From Eledone cirrhosa (Eukaryota): a stretch of 64,000 nucleotides of DNA. The translations under genes and the position numbers were made by a program. Within the stretch, counting starts at the first letter, position 1. Every line of letters starts with the position of its first letter. A model generated the notes under the pieces. It worked only from the letters and a program-made list of their open reading frames with translations, did no database searches and was not told the origin of the DNA. The DNA lies in contig OZ024741.1 in assembly GCA_964016885.1 (NCBI GenBank), positions 73,842,001-73,906,000 on the forward strand, in the 5' to 3' direction. Positions 1 through 16,608 of the stretch are shown here, in pieces.

Positions 1-700
1 TTTATTCATCTATTTGCCCCTCTACCTTCTTCTCTCTATCCTATTTCTACTTGTGTTTGTCTATCATACTCGTCTGTTTCTCCCCATCATTCTTCTCTCT
101 ATCCTACGATATATCTACTTGTGTTTTTCTATCATATTCTATACATCTTATTTTTAGCTGTAATAATTTTCTCCTTCTTCTTTCTCTATCTCTTTTTTCT
201 TTTTCCTTCTTCGTCTTTCTCTATCTCTTTTTCTTTTTCCTTCTTCGTCTTTATTCTTCCCTTCCTTTCTCTCTTTACTATATCTATCCCCCTTCCATTT
301 TTTCTCTCTATATCTTTATTATTAATATTATTATTGATGTGGTAATTTGAATTTGTAAATTGCCGGTTACGCATATATTTATATTTTTTGAAAGTCTCTA
401 AAGATATGATGGGGCCAACATGTATTTTAAATTGAGTGGCTCTACTTTCAGTGTTTAGCAATTTTTAGACAACTCTATCAATGAAACAATTGTTAGACTG
501 TAAATAAATCTCCTTTTTTTGTACTGTTGACCATGTTATTCTCCACTTTTTTCAATTACATAGGAATACAAGTAAAATCATAAACTCGTAAACCTCTTGT
601 TGAGTCATACAACGCAGTACGCTAAAACTATCCATGATAAGAAGTATTCACAACTTCTAATTGGATTACCTATAGCGGTATCTTGTTATCCTATATATAT

Positions 701-802
701 AACGAAGGAAATGTGGTAAGGAACCAGGTGGACCATAACGCACCAAAGTACTCAGAATTAGCCGTCGAAACGGCTTGAGCTCAGCCGTCGTGGTCCTACT
801 CG

Positions 803-805
<3 letters not shown>
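701..805. repeat. Fold-back fragment of a short interspersed repeat (probable PLE pLTR 3' end) in (TA)n
   Basis: Blocks aacgaaggaaatgtggtaaggaaccaggtggaccataacgc and gaattagccgtcgaaacggcttgagctcagccgtcg recur at 25321-25656, 52541-52610 and 55472-55680, with a diverged relative at 13262-13310. Confidence 0.6.
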
Positions 806-849
<44 letters not shown>

Positions 850-852
<3 letters not shown>

Positions 853-1119
853 ATACATAAAGGACCTTCGCCAAAGTTGCTGACTATCCAGACAAGTTAT
901 TTGCTCTTCTAAAATAAATTTCCGTTTCTTCCTTTTCTTATTCTCATCCATCCTTCTATTTCTTCTGCTATCTCTTATTCTATCTTCCGATGAAGGACTA
1001 ACGCCAGACACATTAAGACTCTCTTCCTACCGTATCAAGCGTAAATCTTGTATATGTATTATATGTATTCATTGTATTGTACTATTCTCCTGTGTTGTCT
1101 TCCCTTGTTGACTTTTCGC

Positions 1120-1120
<1 letters not shown>
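850..1120 (+). mobile_element. PLE 3'-end/pLTR fragment with degenerate hammerhead (983-1018)
   Basis: tcttccgatgaagg...ttaaga followed by tatcaagcgt; same layout as 13390-13630 and 20340-20510; flanked by (TA)n. Confidence 0.55.
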
Positions 1121-1151
<31 letters not shown>

Positions 1152-1152
1152 A

Positions 1153-1226
<74 letters not shown>

Positions 1227-1242
1227 TGCGTGCGTGTGTGTG

Positions 1243-1319
<77 letters not shown>

Positions 1320-1324
1320 TGTGT

Positions 1325-1401
<77 letters not shown>
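1119..1401. repeat. (TA)n(TG)n microsatellite
   Basis: Direct reading. Confidence 0.97.
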
Positions 1402-1404
<3 letters not shown>

Positions 1405-1708
1405 CAATCACTACGCAGAAAAATAAACATATGTGCTACAGCAAAATCTAAGACGGAATGTACCAAACAAATTGATGTCGAGTACGTGGAAGTAGAATAA
1501 ATTATTTGTCCAACCGTAGAGATTGAAACGCAATGAATTAATACATGGAAGAGCCCCTCCTATGGAAGGAATCTTCAAGGAAAACATTGGGGGAAAATGG
1601 TTTTTTGACATTTAATCACGTGTAAGAAGCATTGAATAAATGCAAATATGAAAATAATGTTAACATTTGTATATTTCCATCATCTTCTGTTCAGTGTGTG
1701 TATACACT

Positions 1709-1802
<94 letters not shown>

Positions 1803-1844
1803 CATACAAGCCACAACAGAAACACAAACCCTCCATTTCAATTT

Positions 1845-1884
1845 TACTTTTAAAAAGCATAAGAACTATGAAACCGGTGAAGTA
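1845..1884 (+). ncRNA. Degenerate hammerhead, U3:A8 family
   Basis: UUACUU-UUAAAAA-GCAU aagaa CUAU-GAAA-CCGG-UG-AAGUAA; stem I UUACUU/AAGUAA; flanks homologous to 29990-30085. Confidence 0.45.
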
Positions 1885-2470
1885 AATAAATAAATATTCT
1901 TAACAGACCCCAGTTTCATTTTCGATTTCTTTTCCTTATATATATATAACCACTAAGCCGCGTATATATATACTACCGCTCGAAATATTATTTAATTAGT
2001 ATATATTATTTCATTTAGAGACTACACATAACAGCTATTCAGTTTTTAAATAATTTTAAGCCTGTACAACTTATTAAAACATCAAGAACGTCATTATCGA
2101 ATCTAAGTTTTATATTTGTGTTACTGTAATAATTTCTAATCTCTCAATATTTCGCTTCCATTAAAATATGAAATTTACAGCTCACCAATAAGTAGGTTTA
2201 GCTAGCCTCCAACAAAGTTGTGTGCGATAGGAGGTTTCTGCTATACTTTAATGATAGAGATTCCAGTCGTATCATGAACAGTAACGTGTCTTACTCCTGA
2301 ACACAATGCACCGCCTGGTCCTGGAATTGAACCCACGACACTATAATCATGAGTTCAACACTCTAACCACAATGTCACGTGACCTCACGTCTGCCACTGG
2401 CGCAGTCGAACTTCTTATATTCGAACTTCTTATATATAACAAGTATATCCTTCTTTTACAACTCTATTTC

Positions 2471-2783
2471 CATCACCACCAACACTACAACCACCACCAC
2501 CACAACCACTACCACCACCACCACTACAACCACAACCACCACCACTACAACCACTGCCACCATCATCACCTCCACAACCACCACAACAACCACTACCACC
2601 ACAACCACCACCATCACCACCATCATCACCACCATCATCACAACCACCACAGCCACCACCACCACAACCACCACCACCACCACCAGCACCACCATCACCA
2701 CCAACATCACCACCATAACAACCACCACCACCACCACAACCACCACCTCCACCGTCATCACTACTACCTCCACTGCCACCAAT
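2471..2783. repeat. (CAC/CAT/CAA)n trinucleotide low-complexity repeat
   Basis: Direct reading. Confidence 0.95.
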
Positions 2784-3115
2784 AACAAGAACTGTACGTA
2801 GAGAGTGACGTGGTGGCGAGGTGATGTCTATTCTGGTATTTTCCTTTGTTAATAAACACACATATTGAAAGGAGATTTCTTCAATAATGCTTCGAGAGAG
2901 ACCAAACGATGAAACGCTGTGTAGCCGAAGATCAAGTCTTCTATTTTGTTATCTGTCTCTGAACCGGAAGACACATCAATATTATTATTATCATCGTCAT
3001 CAACATCGTAGTCATCATTATCAACATCATCATCATCATCAACAGCAAGATCAACGACATCGACAACAATAATAGCATCAACAAAAAGTAACGACAACAT
3101 ATGTACATAATTCCA

Positions 3116-3384
<269 letters not shown>

Positions 3385-3593
3385 TTCGTTTCTGAATTTG
3401 TTTAGCAAGATTCTTTATCTGAAATCATGTGTTGAAACCGATATTGTTATACTTTGGGAGGGTCATGTTGCCAATAAGAAACACACGCACCAGTTGCTTT
3501 CACTTCAATTTATTATAATAAATTTATAATAAATTTATAAATTTATAAATTTCTGGTTGGTTGGTTCCACAACCAGATAGTTGTTTATATATT

Positions 3594-3636
3594 GTCATAG
3601 TACTTTCGTCACACACTCTGTGACCTCTTCAGTGAC
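3594..3636 (-). ncRNA. Minimal type I hammerhead ribozyme in the PLE1 3' pLTR
   Basis: GUCA-CUGAAGA-G-GUCACA gagug UGUGAC-GAAA-GUAC-UA-UGAC; intact core, palindromic stem III (AGUACU). Confidence 0.85.
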
Positions 3637-3838
3637 TGGGGATTCCGTTTCTTTGTTTCTGTGCCTCTCCTTTGTTCTGTCCTACGCCATTTTGTTTCTG
3701 TGTGTGTGTTGTGTGCTCAGTCTGCGCATGCGCCACATCCGGGTGTCTGTGTGTGTTTATGTTCATTTATTTATTTGTTTCTTTACATGTTACTGGTTGG
3801 TTGTTTGTTCTATGTGTGTGTGTGTTTTCATTTTGTCC

Positions 3839-6679
3839 TTAATTGTAAGTTGTGATGTTGCTGTTCCACTCATATTTTCTATTTAATTTTGGTTGTAATT
3901 CTTTTATGTTTATTGCCTCTGTGATTTGTCTAAACATTGCGTCTTTTCTGTGTGTAGATTCTATTTTTATTTCTATGTTCTCTAATTTACCCTTGTGTTC
4001 TATTTTAGCATGTTGGTAGAGTACAGACGATTCTTTACTATCTTGAAGGTCTCGCCAGTGTTCATTTATCCGTTCCCCTACACTACGAGCTGTCTCACCT
4101 ATGTACACTATATTTTTGTCTCTACATTGTCCTTCGGTACATCTTATGCTATACACTACATTTCTAGTTTTACAGTTAATATGGGGGCTTATTTTACAGG
4201 TTATACATTTCTTATCTATACATGAGGGTCTTTGAAAAGGGTATGTCTTGCTGATAAGTGTTTTACGGAGGTACCTGGTCTTTCTACTATCTTAATATTG
4301 AGTTTATGTTTATCTAGGGCCCTTCTAAATTTGTAAACTAATTCACCTCTAGGGGTTGTATCGATGAACATTACACTCTGTTATTTATTGCTATCATACC
4401 ATGAGTTTATTCTATTAGCCTTGTTCCTAGTTCTTTCTATTCTATTCCAAAATTTGCTCCTATACAAGGGGCAGGTCCCATTTATGTCATTATTTACCAT
4501 TTTTTCCCATTTGGTTCTGGCTCCTCTATACACTCTGATTTTATCTCTCTGATTGTAGCCAGAGAACTGCATACGGTGGATGAAGTGTTGTATGTGTCTC
4601 TCTAGTTCTTCGGGGTTGCACATGCGGGACACGTTTCTCATCACCCGTACCAAATCCGCAATCAGTATGTTGATTTTGGTATGGTCCGAAACGGCCGAGT
4701 TTCGGTGGATCAGATGTTTGGAAGTCATGGGTTTGGCATAATGGGAATGGAGGATTTGTTTTTTGTTATTAATGGTATCTAACCAGACCCCTGTGTCTAG
4801 TACATGTAATCGATGGTTGGGGTGTTTACTTGGGTAGTCTATAGTAACTCTAATGCTCTGGTGGATGGAGTTAGCTATTTGCTGGATGCTTTCCATTGTG
4901 TTTTTCTCTAGTTCCTGACTGTTCTCTAGTGGGGGTGTCTTAACTACGATGTTTATATCATCTACGTAGCGGGAGTACATGATCAGGGTTAAGGGGTCTT
5001 CTAATTGTTCTTTAAGTTTAAGTTTAAGTCTACTGTCCCACCATACCATGAATAAGTTAGCTATGTCGCCTGTAATGCTAACACTAATGGCTGCTCCTTC
5101 CTCTTGGGCATATGTTTTTCCATTAAATTTGAACATATGCTCCTTAAGGGTTAGTTTTATGCTGGCCCCTACCGTATGTGCAATCATTTTCTTCAGTTCA
5201 TCGTGGTTTTCGGGTGTCCGTATGGCTCTGGTCCACCCGTTCCATCTATCTGTGTGGGTTTTCTTGGTCATTGAGGTAATGGTAGGTGGTCTCCCTCTTG
5301 CTGGTCTTGTAGGGCACAGGTTGCTAAGGTCATATGTGTCTAGGTAATTATTACTATAAGTAAGTTTAAGTAGGAGTCCCAGCTCACTGGTATCAATCCC
5401 ACGGAACTCAACATTGCTCTCACTGATCATTTCTACGCATTTCTCCACAGCAAAATCCACGTCAATAGATGGATACAGGGACACAACATCCATACTACCT
5501 ATTATGCAGTTTGTTAGGTCCCTAGATCGGTTACTCTCGCCGATTCTGCTGAGGAGGTCCTCCGTGCTGTCACATACATCTGGGGACATTTCAATGATGG
5601 GGCGTATGATCAGGGAGAGGAAGTAGGACAGTCTGTAGTTACTAGCAATGTTAGCTCCACAGACTGGCCGTGTTGGTGGTCCCGCGACAGGGTCACTGCC
5701 CGTTTTATGGTCTTTTCGAAGCCCATACAACGCCGGCACGTCATTGTTCCAGGCCTGGAAGTTGTTGGCAGTCCTTTTGTTGGGCTGCATTATATTCGTC
5801 CACATCACCATGTGGGCATTGAGGGCTTTTTCTCTATCCTCATGCTCCTGTGGTGTTACCTCTCTTGTGTTAGTGATGTGGGGTTGCATTGCCTGGATGT
5901 AGTTTGGCAGGCTGTCAACCGACATTCTGCCAGACTTATCTGTTGGAAAGCATGCTATCTCCCCATTACGCGAGCGCTGCATGAGCTTACGCAAGCCATT
6001 TGCAGATTTTTCTCCCAGTTGCTGGGCCTCCATTCTATTATGCTTCTTGCTATACTGTTCTATAATATTTCTAAGTTCGGATCTAGCTATACTAAATTGT
6101 GCTTCTGTTTGTTCATCGACCTGCGACGGCAATTGCGTGCGTTTGTTAAATGGTAAAGTCGTGGCGTGGACTCGTCGCAGGTCGAACGATTTATCGGAGG
6201 GATTATAAAAAGTAGAGTTCCAGGCTGCTGCTTTATGTGTACTAGTGCTATTGTTATTGTTATTTGTGTTGTTTCTATTTCTATTTCCACCAACAGCCTC
6301 ATGGTTGTTTCTATGTCTCTCATAATTACTCCTGTCTCTTTCTACTGGCTCATTGTTGTTATCTACCTTATTTTGTGTGTCTGTGTGTTCGTCTTGGTTA
6401 TTTTCTTTGTCCTTAGTCTCCCTTCTCCTTTTAATCCTATTACTTTCCCTTATTTCTGTGATTTCTGTGCTACTGTCATTACTTGTTTTCTGTGTCTGTG
6501 TGTTTGTTAAGATTGTGGTGGTGGTGAGAGGCATTGAATGTGTGTGTGTTGTTGTTTTTGATGTGTGCTGTTGTTGATGTGTGTTGTTGTTGTCTCCGTG
6601 TGTGTTATTATTGTTGTGTGTGTTGTTATTGTTGTTTGTGTCTGCGTGTCTGTTGTTGTTGTTTCTGGGTATGTTATTG

Positions 6680-6711
<32 letters not shown>

Positions 6712-7584
6712 GGTGGTGTGTGTGTTGTTGTTATTGTTGTTTGTGTCTGTGTGTCTGTTGTTGTTGGGATGTGTGTTGTATATGTGTGTGCGTATATTGT
6801 TACTTTTGTTTTTGTTTTTGTTTTTGAGGCTCCAGCGTAGTTTTGTAAATGATTTTTCTATTTCTGACAGACAACTAATCATATTTACCTTCTTGAATGT
6901 CGCAAATTTCGGTGGTAGACGTAATACAGATAACTCATCGTCATCTATTACCGTGTTGCCGTATATATTTGTGTTGTTGTTGTTGTTGAACTCATCTGTT
7001 AATGAGGTGTCGGCCATATTTATACCGTCAATTTTGTCGGGATATCTATTGGTATTCTCTACAGTATCCTGATTTAGCTTTATCTGCTTAAGCCACTTTA
7101 GTTTCTTGTTAAAGTGCTTATCACATTCTTGAGTAATGTACTGTTCTTCAGGACGTATAAGGCTTATAAATATTAGTTTCTCTCTTGGTGTGGTGATCCT
7201 AGCTATTTCTTGTATTAGGTTACGCTTATGTTTTTCTTGATGACTTAATTCTCTATAGATCTTCTTTTTTATGTTTAGAATTAGTGTTCGTTTTAGCCTA
7301 TCTGCTTGTTTTTTGGTGAGTTGTAATCTTCTTACGTCGGTGTTGATGGTGTTGGTGTAAACTCGGGACGAGGCACATTCTTTTATGAAGTGTAGTTGTC
7401 GAGATGTTATGGATTTTCGTAGACAACAGAACATGGTGGTTTTCAGTATCTTGTTAGCCTGGCTAAGGCTTACGATATTTCGTTTCTGAATTTGTTTAGC
7501 AAGATTCTTTATCTGAAATCGTGTGTTGAAACCGATATTGTTATACTTTGGGAGGGTCATGTTGCCAATAAGAAACACACGCAC
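3839..7584 (-). pseudogene. PLE reverse transcriptase-GIY-YIG endonuclease ORF, interrupted
   Basis: 1067-aa ORF with PTRPVCGA, GSMDVVSLYPSID, YSRYVDD and HYAKPM. A stop at 4381 is followed in frame by QSVMFIDTTPRGEL...KIVERPGTSVK, then a frameshift near 4255 leads into C..C...NVVYSIRC...VYIGETARSVGERINEH (GIY-YIG). Confidence 0.9.
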
Positions 7585-7691
7585 CAGTTGCTTTCACTTC
7601 AATTTATTATAATAAATTTATAATAAATTTATAAATTTATAAATTTCTGGTTGGTTGGTTGGTTCCACAACCAGATAGTTGTTTATATATT

Positions 7692-7734
7692 GTCATAGTT
7701 CTTTCGCCACACACTCTGTGACCTCTTCAGTGAC
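7692..7734 (-). ncRNA. Hammerhead in the PLE1 5' pLTR (stem III palindrome mutated)
   Basis: GUCA-CUGAAGA-G-GUCACA...UGUGGC-GAAA-GAAC-UA-UGAC. Confidence 0.7.
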
Positions 7735-8034
7735 TGGGGATTCCTTTCTTTGTTTTTGTGCCTCTCCTTTGTTCTGTCCTACGCCATTTTGTTTCTGTGT
7801 GTGTGTTGTGTGCTCAGTCTGCGCATGCGCCACATCCGGGTGTCTGTGTGTGTTTATGTTCATTTATTTATTTGTTTTTTACATGTTACTGGTTGGTTGT
7901 TTGTTCTATGTGTGTGTGTGTTTTCATTTTGTCCTTAATTGTAAGTTGTGATGTTGCTGTTCCACTCATGTTCCACCCGGATGTGGCGCATGCGCAGACT
8001 GAGCACACAACACACACACAGAAACAAAATGGCG

Positions 8035-9702
8035 ACTTATGTCGGACAGACGGGACGTCGCCTGGCGGACCGAGTCACGGAGCACCTCCGAGATATTCGT
8101 CTCGGGGGCAGTTCCCCCATCGCCCGCCACTTTGGTGGCCCTGGACACTCCGCACGCCATCTCACAGTCTGTGGCCTACTCCAGTGCCACGGAACACCCG
8201 CCCATCGCCTTACGGTCGAACAACGAACTATCTTCATCTTACAGACCCACACTCCCCCCGGCCTGAACTCCCCACCCTTATTCCTTTAGCGTTCGACCGC
8301 CCCCCTCCCCCCACACTTATCCCCCACTAACACCACTAACACACCCCTGCTTTTCACCGCCCACCCCACACTAACAATACTAACACCTCCACTCCACCCC
8401 TCATCTGACCACCCTTCCCCAACTAACATACTAACATCCCTTCCCTCCCCTCTTCTCCTCCTCCCCCTCCTTATCACACGCACACACGCACCCACTTACA
8501 CCACCCACCCCACACGCAACTAACATCACTAACACCCACCAACCTCACGCACACGTACCCACACACCCTTGTACACCACCAACTCTACACACCCTACCAC
8601 CACTAACCCCCACTCACACCTGCATTCAACCCCTCCCCACCTCCCAATTACTAACACCCACTAACACCTCTTCACCAAACTACACACACACCAGTACACC
8701 ACACTCCCTCCATAGAACCACACACACCCTTCTCTCCCCGCTCCACCCACACCCCCGCTCCACACTCACTCATCCCACTAACACCCCTACTAATACACAC
8801 ACACACCTACCCATACTCGCCCCCTTCCCATTCCACCGACTGCTGCTATGCCCTTCTGACCACCTCCCAGCACCAACAGACCACAGCACACCCACTGCTG
8901 ACCACTTCCTGTTGCGCGCGCACCCCCACATCTCTCCTCTTCCGACCACCGCTTCATGGATTACCCACACGCAGAAATTGACTTATAACCAATCCTCCAA
9001 AATCCTTGGAACTTACCAACTTTTCAACCATCCTCTTACGTCATCACCTACATAACTCACCCACACACACACCCCCCAAAAAATGTTTTTCTCCACACGC
9101 CACCCACACCCACACCCACACCCACAACACGCTTTAACCCCACACACACGTGCTTCCCACCACATATTTACACCCTCAGCCTCCTGATTCCTCTCCCCCA
9201 CCCCCTATCCACACACGCACAGACACTCCGACCCACAAAAACACCCCCCACACACACCTCTTCCTGAACATGCAACCCCGTTCTTCCCCCAACCCTTACT
9301 TTCACATACACACACACACACACACACACGCACACCTACACACACACACCACCTTCAGCCCTCCCCGCTCGGACACCCCGTCTCCCTCTCCCCACTCCAC
9401 CCGCCACCTGTTTACGCCCCTTTTAATTTCAGTTTATTTTGATCATACCTTTATTTTTAAATTTTCTCATTCCTTGTATTTTGATCATGCTTTATTTTTA
9501 TATTTTTTATCTTTTTTCGCTATATGTCTCTCCACCACTCCCCTACACACCTTTTGAACTCTGTTCCCACACACTTCTCACCTGAGGAAGGGCTTATGCC
9601 CGAAACGTCGTCCCCCACCTACCCCCACTCTCCTGAGCGTGAAATTAATAAACATTTATTGTACTGCCTCTCTGTTTTGTCCCTGTAAAAAATTTTTTTC
9701 AT
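8035..9702 (+). mobile_element. 5'-truncated PLE (PLE2, Neptune-like): GIY-YIG C-terminus and long C/A-rich 3' UTR
   Basis: TYVGQTGRRLADRVTEHLRDI...PIARHF...EQRTIFILQTHTPPGLN (to 8289); hammerhead at 9579-9612; ends at (TA)n; second copy at 35500-37270. Confidence 0.85.
9579..9612 (+). ncRNA. Minimal hammerhead in the PLE2 3' end
   Basis: AC-CUGAGGA-A-GGGC uuau GCCC-GAAA-CG-UC-GU; stem I very short. Confidence 0.7.
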
Positions 9703-10232
<530 letters not shown>

Positions 10233-10320
10233 ATAGTAATAATAATAAAATTGAAGACTAAAATCCAGAGAGGGCTCGATAAGGAAAATATATATCAAAT
10301 ATATAAGAACCGAAGAGCAA

Positions 10321-13136
<2,816 letters not shown>

Positions 13137-13141
<5 letters not shown>

Positions 13142-13630
13142 AATAAAAGATGAAAAAGAAAGATAGAGTGTGAGAAGCGGAAGAAACGGAAAAATATTGA
13201 GAAAAAAAAACACACGTGTGTAGTCAGTCAGCTATTTTGGAGATATATATATATTATAAAGTGTAGGGACCCCGACGGCTCAGCTCTTACCGTTTCAATA
13301 CCTAATTCCAAGTATGTATGTATGTATGAGTGTATGCATTTATGTATGTATGTATGTATTATGTATATATGTGTATATACACATATATATATCTCCAAAA
13401 TAGCTGACTGACTACACACGTGTGTTTTTTTTTCTCAATATTTTTCCGTTTCTTCCGCTTCTCACACTCTATCTTTCTTTTTCATCTTTTATTTCTCACT
13501 CTATCTTCTGATGAAGGACTAGTGACCGAAACGTTAAAACTCTTTTCATGCCATATCAAGCGTTAAACTAATGTATTTCTTTATCGTACAGTGTTATTTG
13601 CTTTGTTATTTCTGTTTACGTTTTGCATAC
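13137..13630 (+). mobile_element. PLE pLTR fragment with inverted copy (13137-13250 vs 13385-13498) and hammerhead 13504-13540
   Basis: tcttCTGATGAaggactagtgaccGAAAcgttaaaa; inverted arms read directly. Confidence 0.7.
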
Positions 13631-14091
13631 ATATATTCATATATATACAAACATCACACACACACGTGTGTGTGTGTACCTGTAACTCAAAGGGATAGCA
13701 TTGTGTCTCGCTGAATCTCCCTTGGAACTACATTAAGATGTACGTGCTTGTGGAATGCTTAGCTACTTGCACGTTAATTTTACCCCAACAACGGCAACGA
13801 CTAGACACTGCACACTCATCATATAGAGAGAGTACTTTCAATACAACAGAAAACATTGAAAGTCAGTGGATTGACAGAATCGTTAGAATGTCGATCCAAA
13901 TCGTTAGCGACATCTGTTTCGTCTCCTTATGTTGTGACTTCAAATCCCACCGAGGTTGACTTTGCCTTTCGTCCTTCCGAGGTCGATGACATAAAGTGTC
14001 AATAAAGTTCTGGGTGGGTATAATCGACATTCTTCTTCCCCTAAATTGCTGATCTTGTGCCAAAATTAGAAACCATTATTATGATGAGCGC

Positions 14092-14375
14092 AGTAGTGGT
14101 AGCACGTGGCCTAGTGATACCCGTGTTCGACTTACGATCATAATGTTGTGAGTTCGATTCCTGGACTGGATTGTGTTGAGTTCTTGAGTAACACACTTCA
14201 TTTCACGTTTCTCCAGTATAGTCAGCTGAAAATGAGTACCAGCAATACCTGGGGGTTTAACCCAGCGATGGATTGGCGTCCTGTACAGTCTTGTACTCTC
14301 AGTCACTTAACGCCACTGAAACCGGGATAATCACCGGCCTGGTGAGCCTCCGGGCTCCAGACAGACTTTAAACTT
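14092..14375 (+). mobile_element. tRNA-derived SINE with Meta/MESC-like central domain
   Basis: A box TGGCCTAGTG, B box GTTCGATTCC; body gcgatggattggcgtcctgt...gaaaccgggataa..ccggcc; second copy at 29501-29781; fragments near 2270-2375 and 49110-49195 (minus). Confidence 0.75.
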
Positions 14376-14489
14376 TTACTAGATTGACTGCATTAGTAGA
14401 GCGCTAGTTACTACGGTTTCAATTCTGAATTGAAATCATGCAGAGGTTGACTTCACTTTTTATCCTTCTAGGTTCAATAGAATATAATT

Positions 14490-14797
14490 TTTTCTACTTT
14501 TGGCACAAGGCCAGCAATTATCCCAGTGTATTACTGGTACTTTATTTTATCGACCCCGTAAGTATGAAAGGCAAAGTTAACCTCGGCGGGATTTTAACTC
14601 AGAATGGCAAGGGCCGTAACTCTATGCGTCAAAGCATGGTGTCCGACCCTCTACCGATACTGCCAATCCACCGCCATTAATAGAGTTTCTACTTTTGGCA
14701 CAAGACCAGCGATTACCCCAGTGCATCACTGGTACTTTATTTTATCGACCTCGTAAGGATGAAAGGTAAAGTTAACCTCGGCGGATCTGAACTCCAA
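14490..14797 (-). mobile_element. Two tandem copies of the abundant tRNA-derived SINE (family S1)
   Basis: Consensus ggattggcagtatcggtag...gagttcaaatcccgccgaggttaactttgcctttcatcc...gccttgtgccaaaagtagaaacaattatt with A and B boxes; more than 12 copies in the window. Confidence 0.85.
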
Positions 14798-15966
14798 TGG
14801 AATATAATAGCAGTATAGTATTGGTGCTGATTTCATTCCCTGTTTACTTCACACAAATCATATATGAAAATGGCGCTGTAACGGATAAACAGGCAACAAT
14901 TATATACATACGACTCTTTACCTTCTGAGTTCAAATCTAGTGGTTGTAGTTTTTTACCTCTCGTGCTCCCAGGGTCAACGCGGCAAAATACCAGTCAAGT
15001 ACTACGTTTGATTAAAATTACTTTATCCTCCCCGAACCTTGAAACTATCTTAGAAATGTTATTGTGCTAAACAATCTTGTCTCCAAACAAACAAGTGCAA
15101 CAAATTACACTTCCGGTGCCTCGTTTTCAATCGTGTTCTGTACTTTACATCCGGTTGAACTGAGGCCAAGTTATTTTGGAGTCAGCTAGTCTCAAACATT
15201 CTGAACAAAACACCTTATAGCTTGTCTAATTATGTGTATGTGCGGTGTACATATATGTGGATGTGTGGTGTGTATATGCATAGGTGTGTGTATATGTTTG
15301 TTGTGTATCTTTGTCTGCTGTGTGTGTATGTATGTGTGCGTGGTGTGTGGTGTATGTATGCTCGGTGTGTATGTGTGGCGCGTGTATGTGTGTGTGTAGT
15401 GTGTGTGTATATGCCTGTCGTGTATATATGTCTGCTTTTGTGTGTGTGTGATGTCTGTATATATCTAGTGTGTATGCGTGGTGTGTGTGCATGAACGTAT
15501 ATGTGTTCATAAATGCATATGTATGTACATGTGTAGTGTATATTCATGCTTACTATGTATATATACCTGGTGTGTATGTATGTGTGGTTTGTGTATATGA
15601 GTGTATGTATGGTATAAATATATAAATATATGAATGTGTGTGGGGGGATCTAATGTATATGGGGCGAGTGCACGTGCGTAAGTGTGTAAATGCGTTAATG
15701 AATGCATGTGTGTGGCATGTCTGCACGTATCTGTGTTTATATATGTATATATGTGTGTGTATGTGTATGTATGCACGTTGTATGCATGTATGTGAGTATG
15801 TGTGTATGTATATATTTATGTGTATATGTGTGTATGCACATGTATGTTTGCATGTATGTACGTATGCATTCATGTAGGTATATACATATATGTGTGTGTA
15901 CGCACATGTATGTATGCATGTATGTACGTATGCATTCATGTAGGTATATACATGTGTGTGTGTGTG

Positions 15967-16094
<128 letters not shown>

Positions 16095-16349
16095 ATGCAT
16101 GTATGCAAGTATGTGTGTACTCCAAAAGACATTTATCTCTACAAGTTAATGTTCTAGTATAGTAATATTGTGTTAATGTAGCACAAGAGTACAAATCAAT
16201 TATACTACAGTAGTAATAAGATAGTGTAGTTGTACAGTACTAATATACATCTATACTGTTGTAAGTAACACAGTAGTATAGCTGTATAGTAAGACTCTAC
16301 AACTATAATATCCAGGTACTAAAGTAGTGTTGTATATTAATACTTCTTG

Positions 16350-16608
16350 TAGAAGAAGAAGAAGAAGAAGAAGAAGAAGAAGAAGAAGAAGAAGAAGAAG
16401 AAGAAGAAGAAGAAGAAGAAGAAGAAGAAGAAGATAAAGAAGAAGAAGAAGAAGAAGAAGAAGAAGAAGAAGAAGAAGAAGAAGAAGAAGAAGAAGAAGA
16501 AGAAGAAGAAGAAGAAGAAGAAGAAGAAGAAGAAGAAGAAGAAGAAGAAGAAGAAGAAGAAGAAGAAGAAGAAGAAGAAGAAGAAGAAGAAGAAGAAGAA
16601 GAAGAAGA
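16350..16608. repeat. (GAA)n microsatellite
   Basis: Direct reading. Confidence 0.98.

Noticed and set aside
4381-4383. Programmed readthrough or selenocysteine recoding in PLE1
   Set aside because: The stop is TAA, not TGA, and a frameshift follows; simple decay is sufficient
14860-15170. YY1-like (AAAATGGCG) and ETS-like (ACTTCCGG) motifs as a promoter
   Set aside because: Short motifs expected by chance; no associated exon or CpG-rich context
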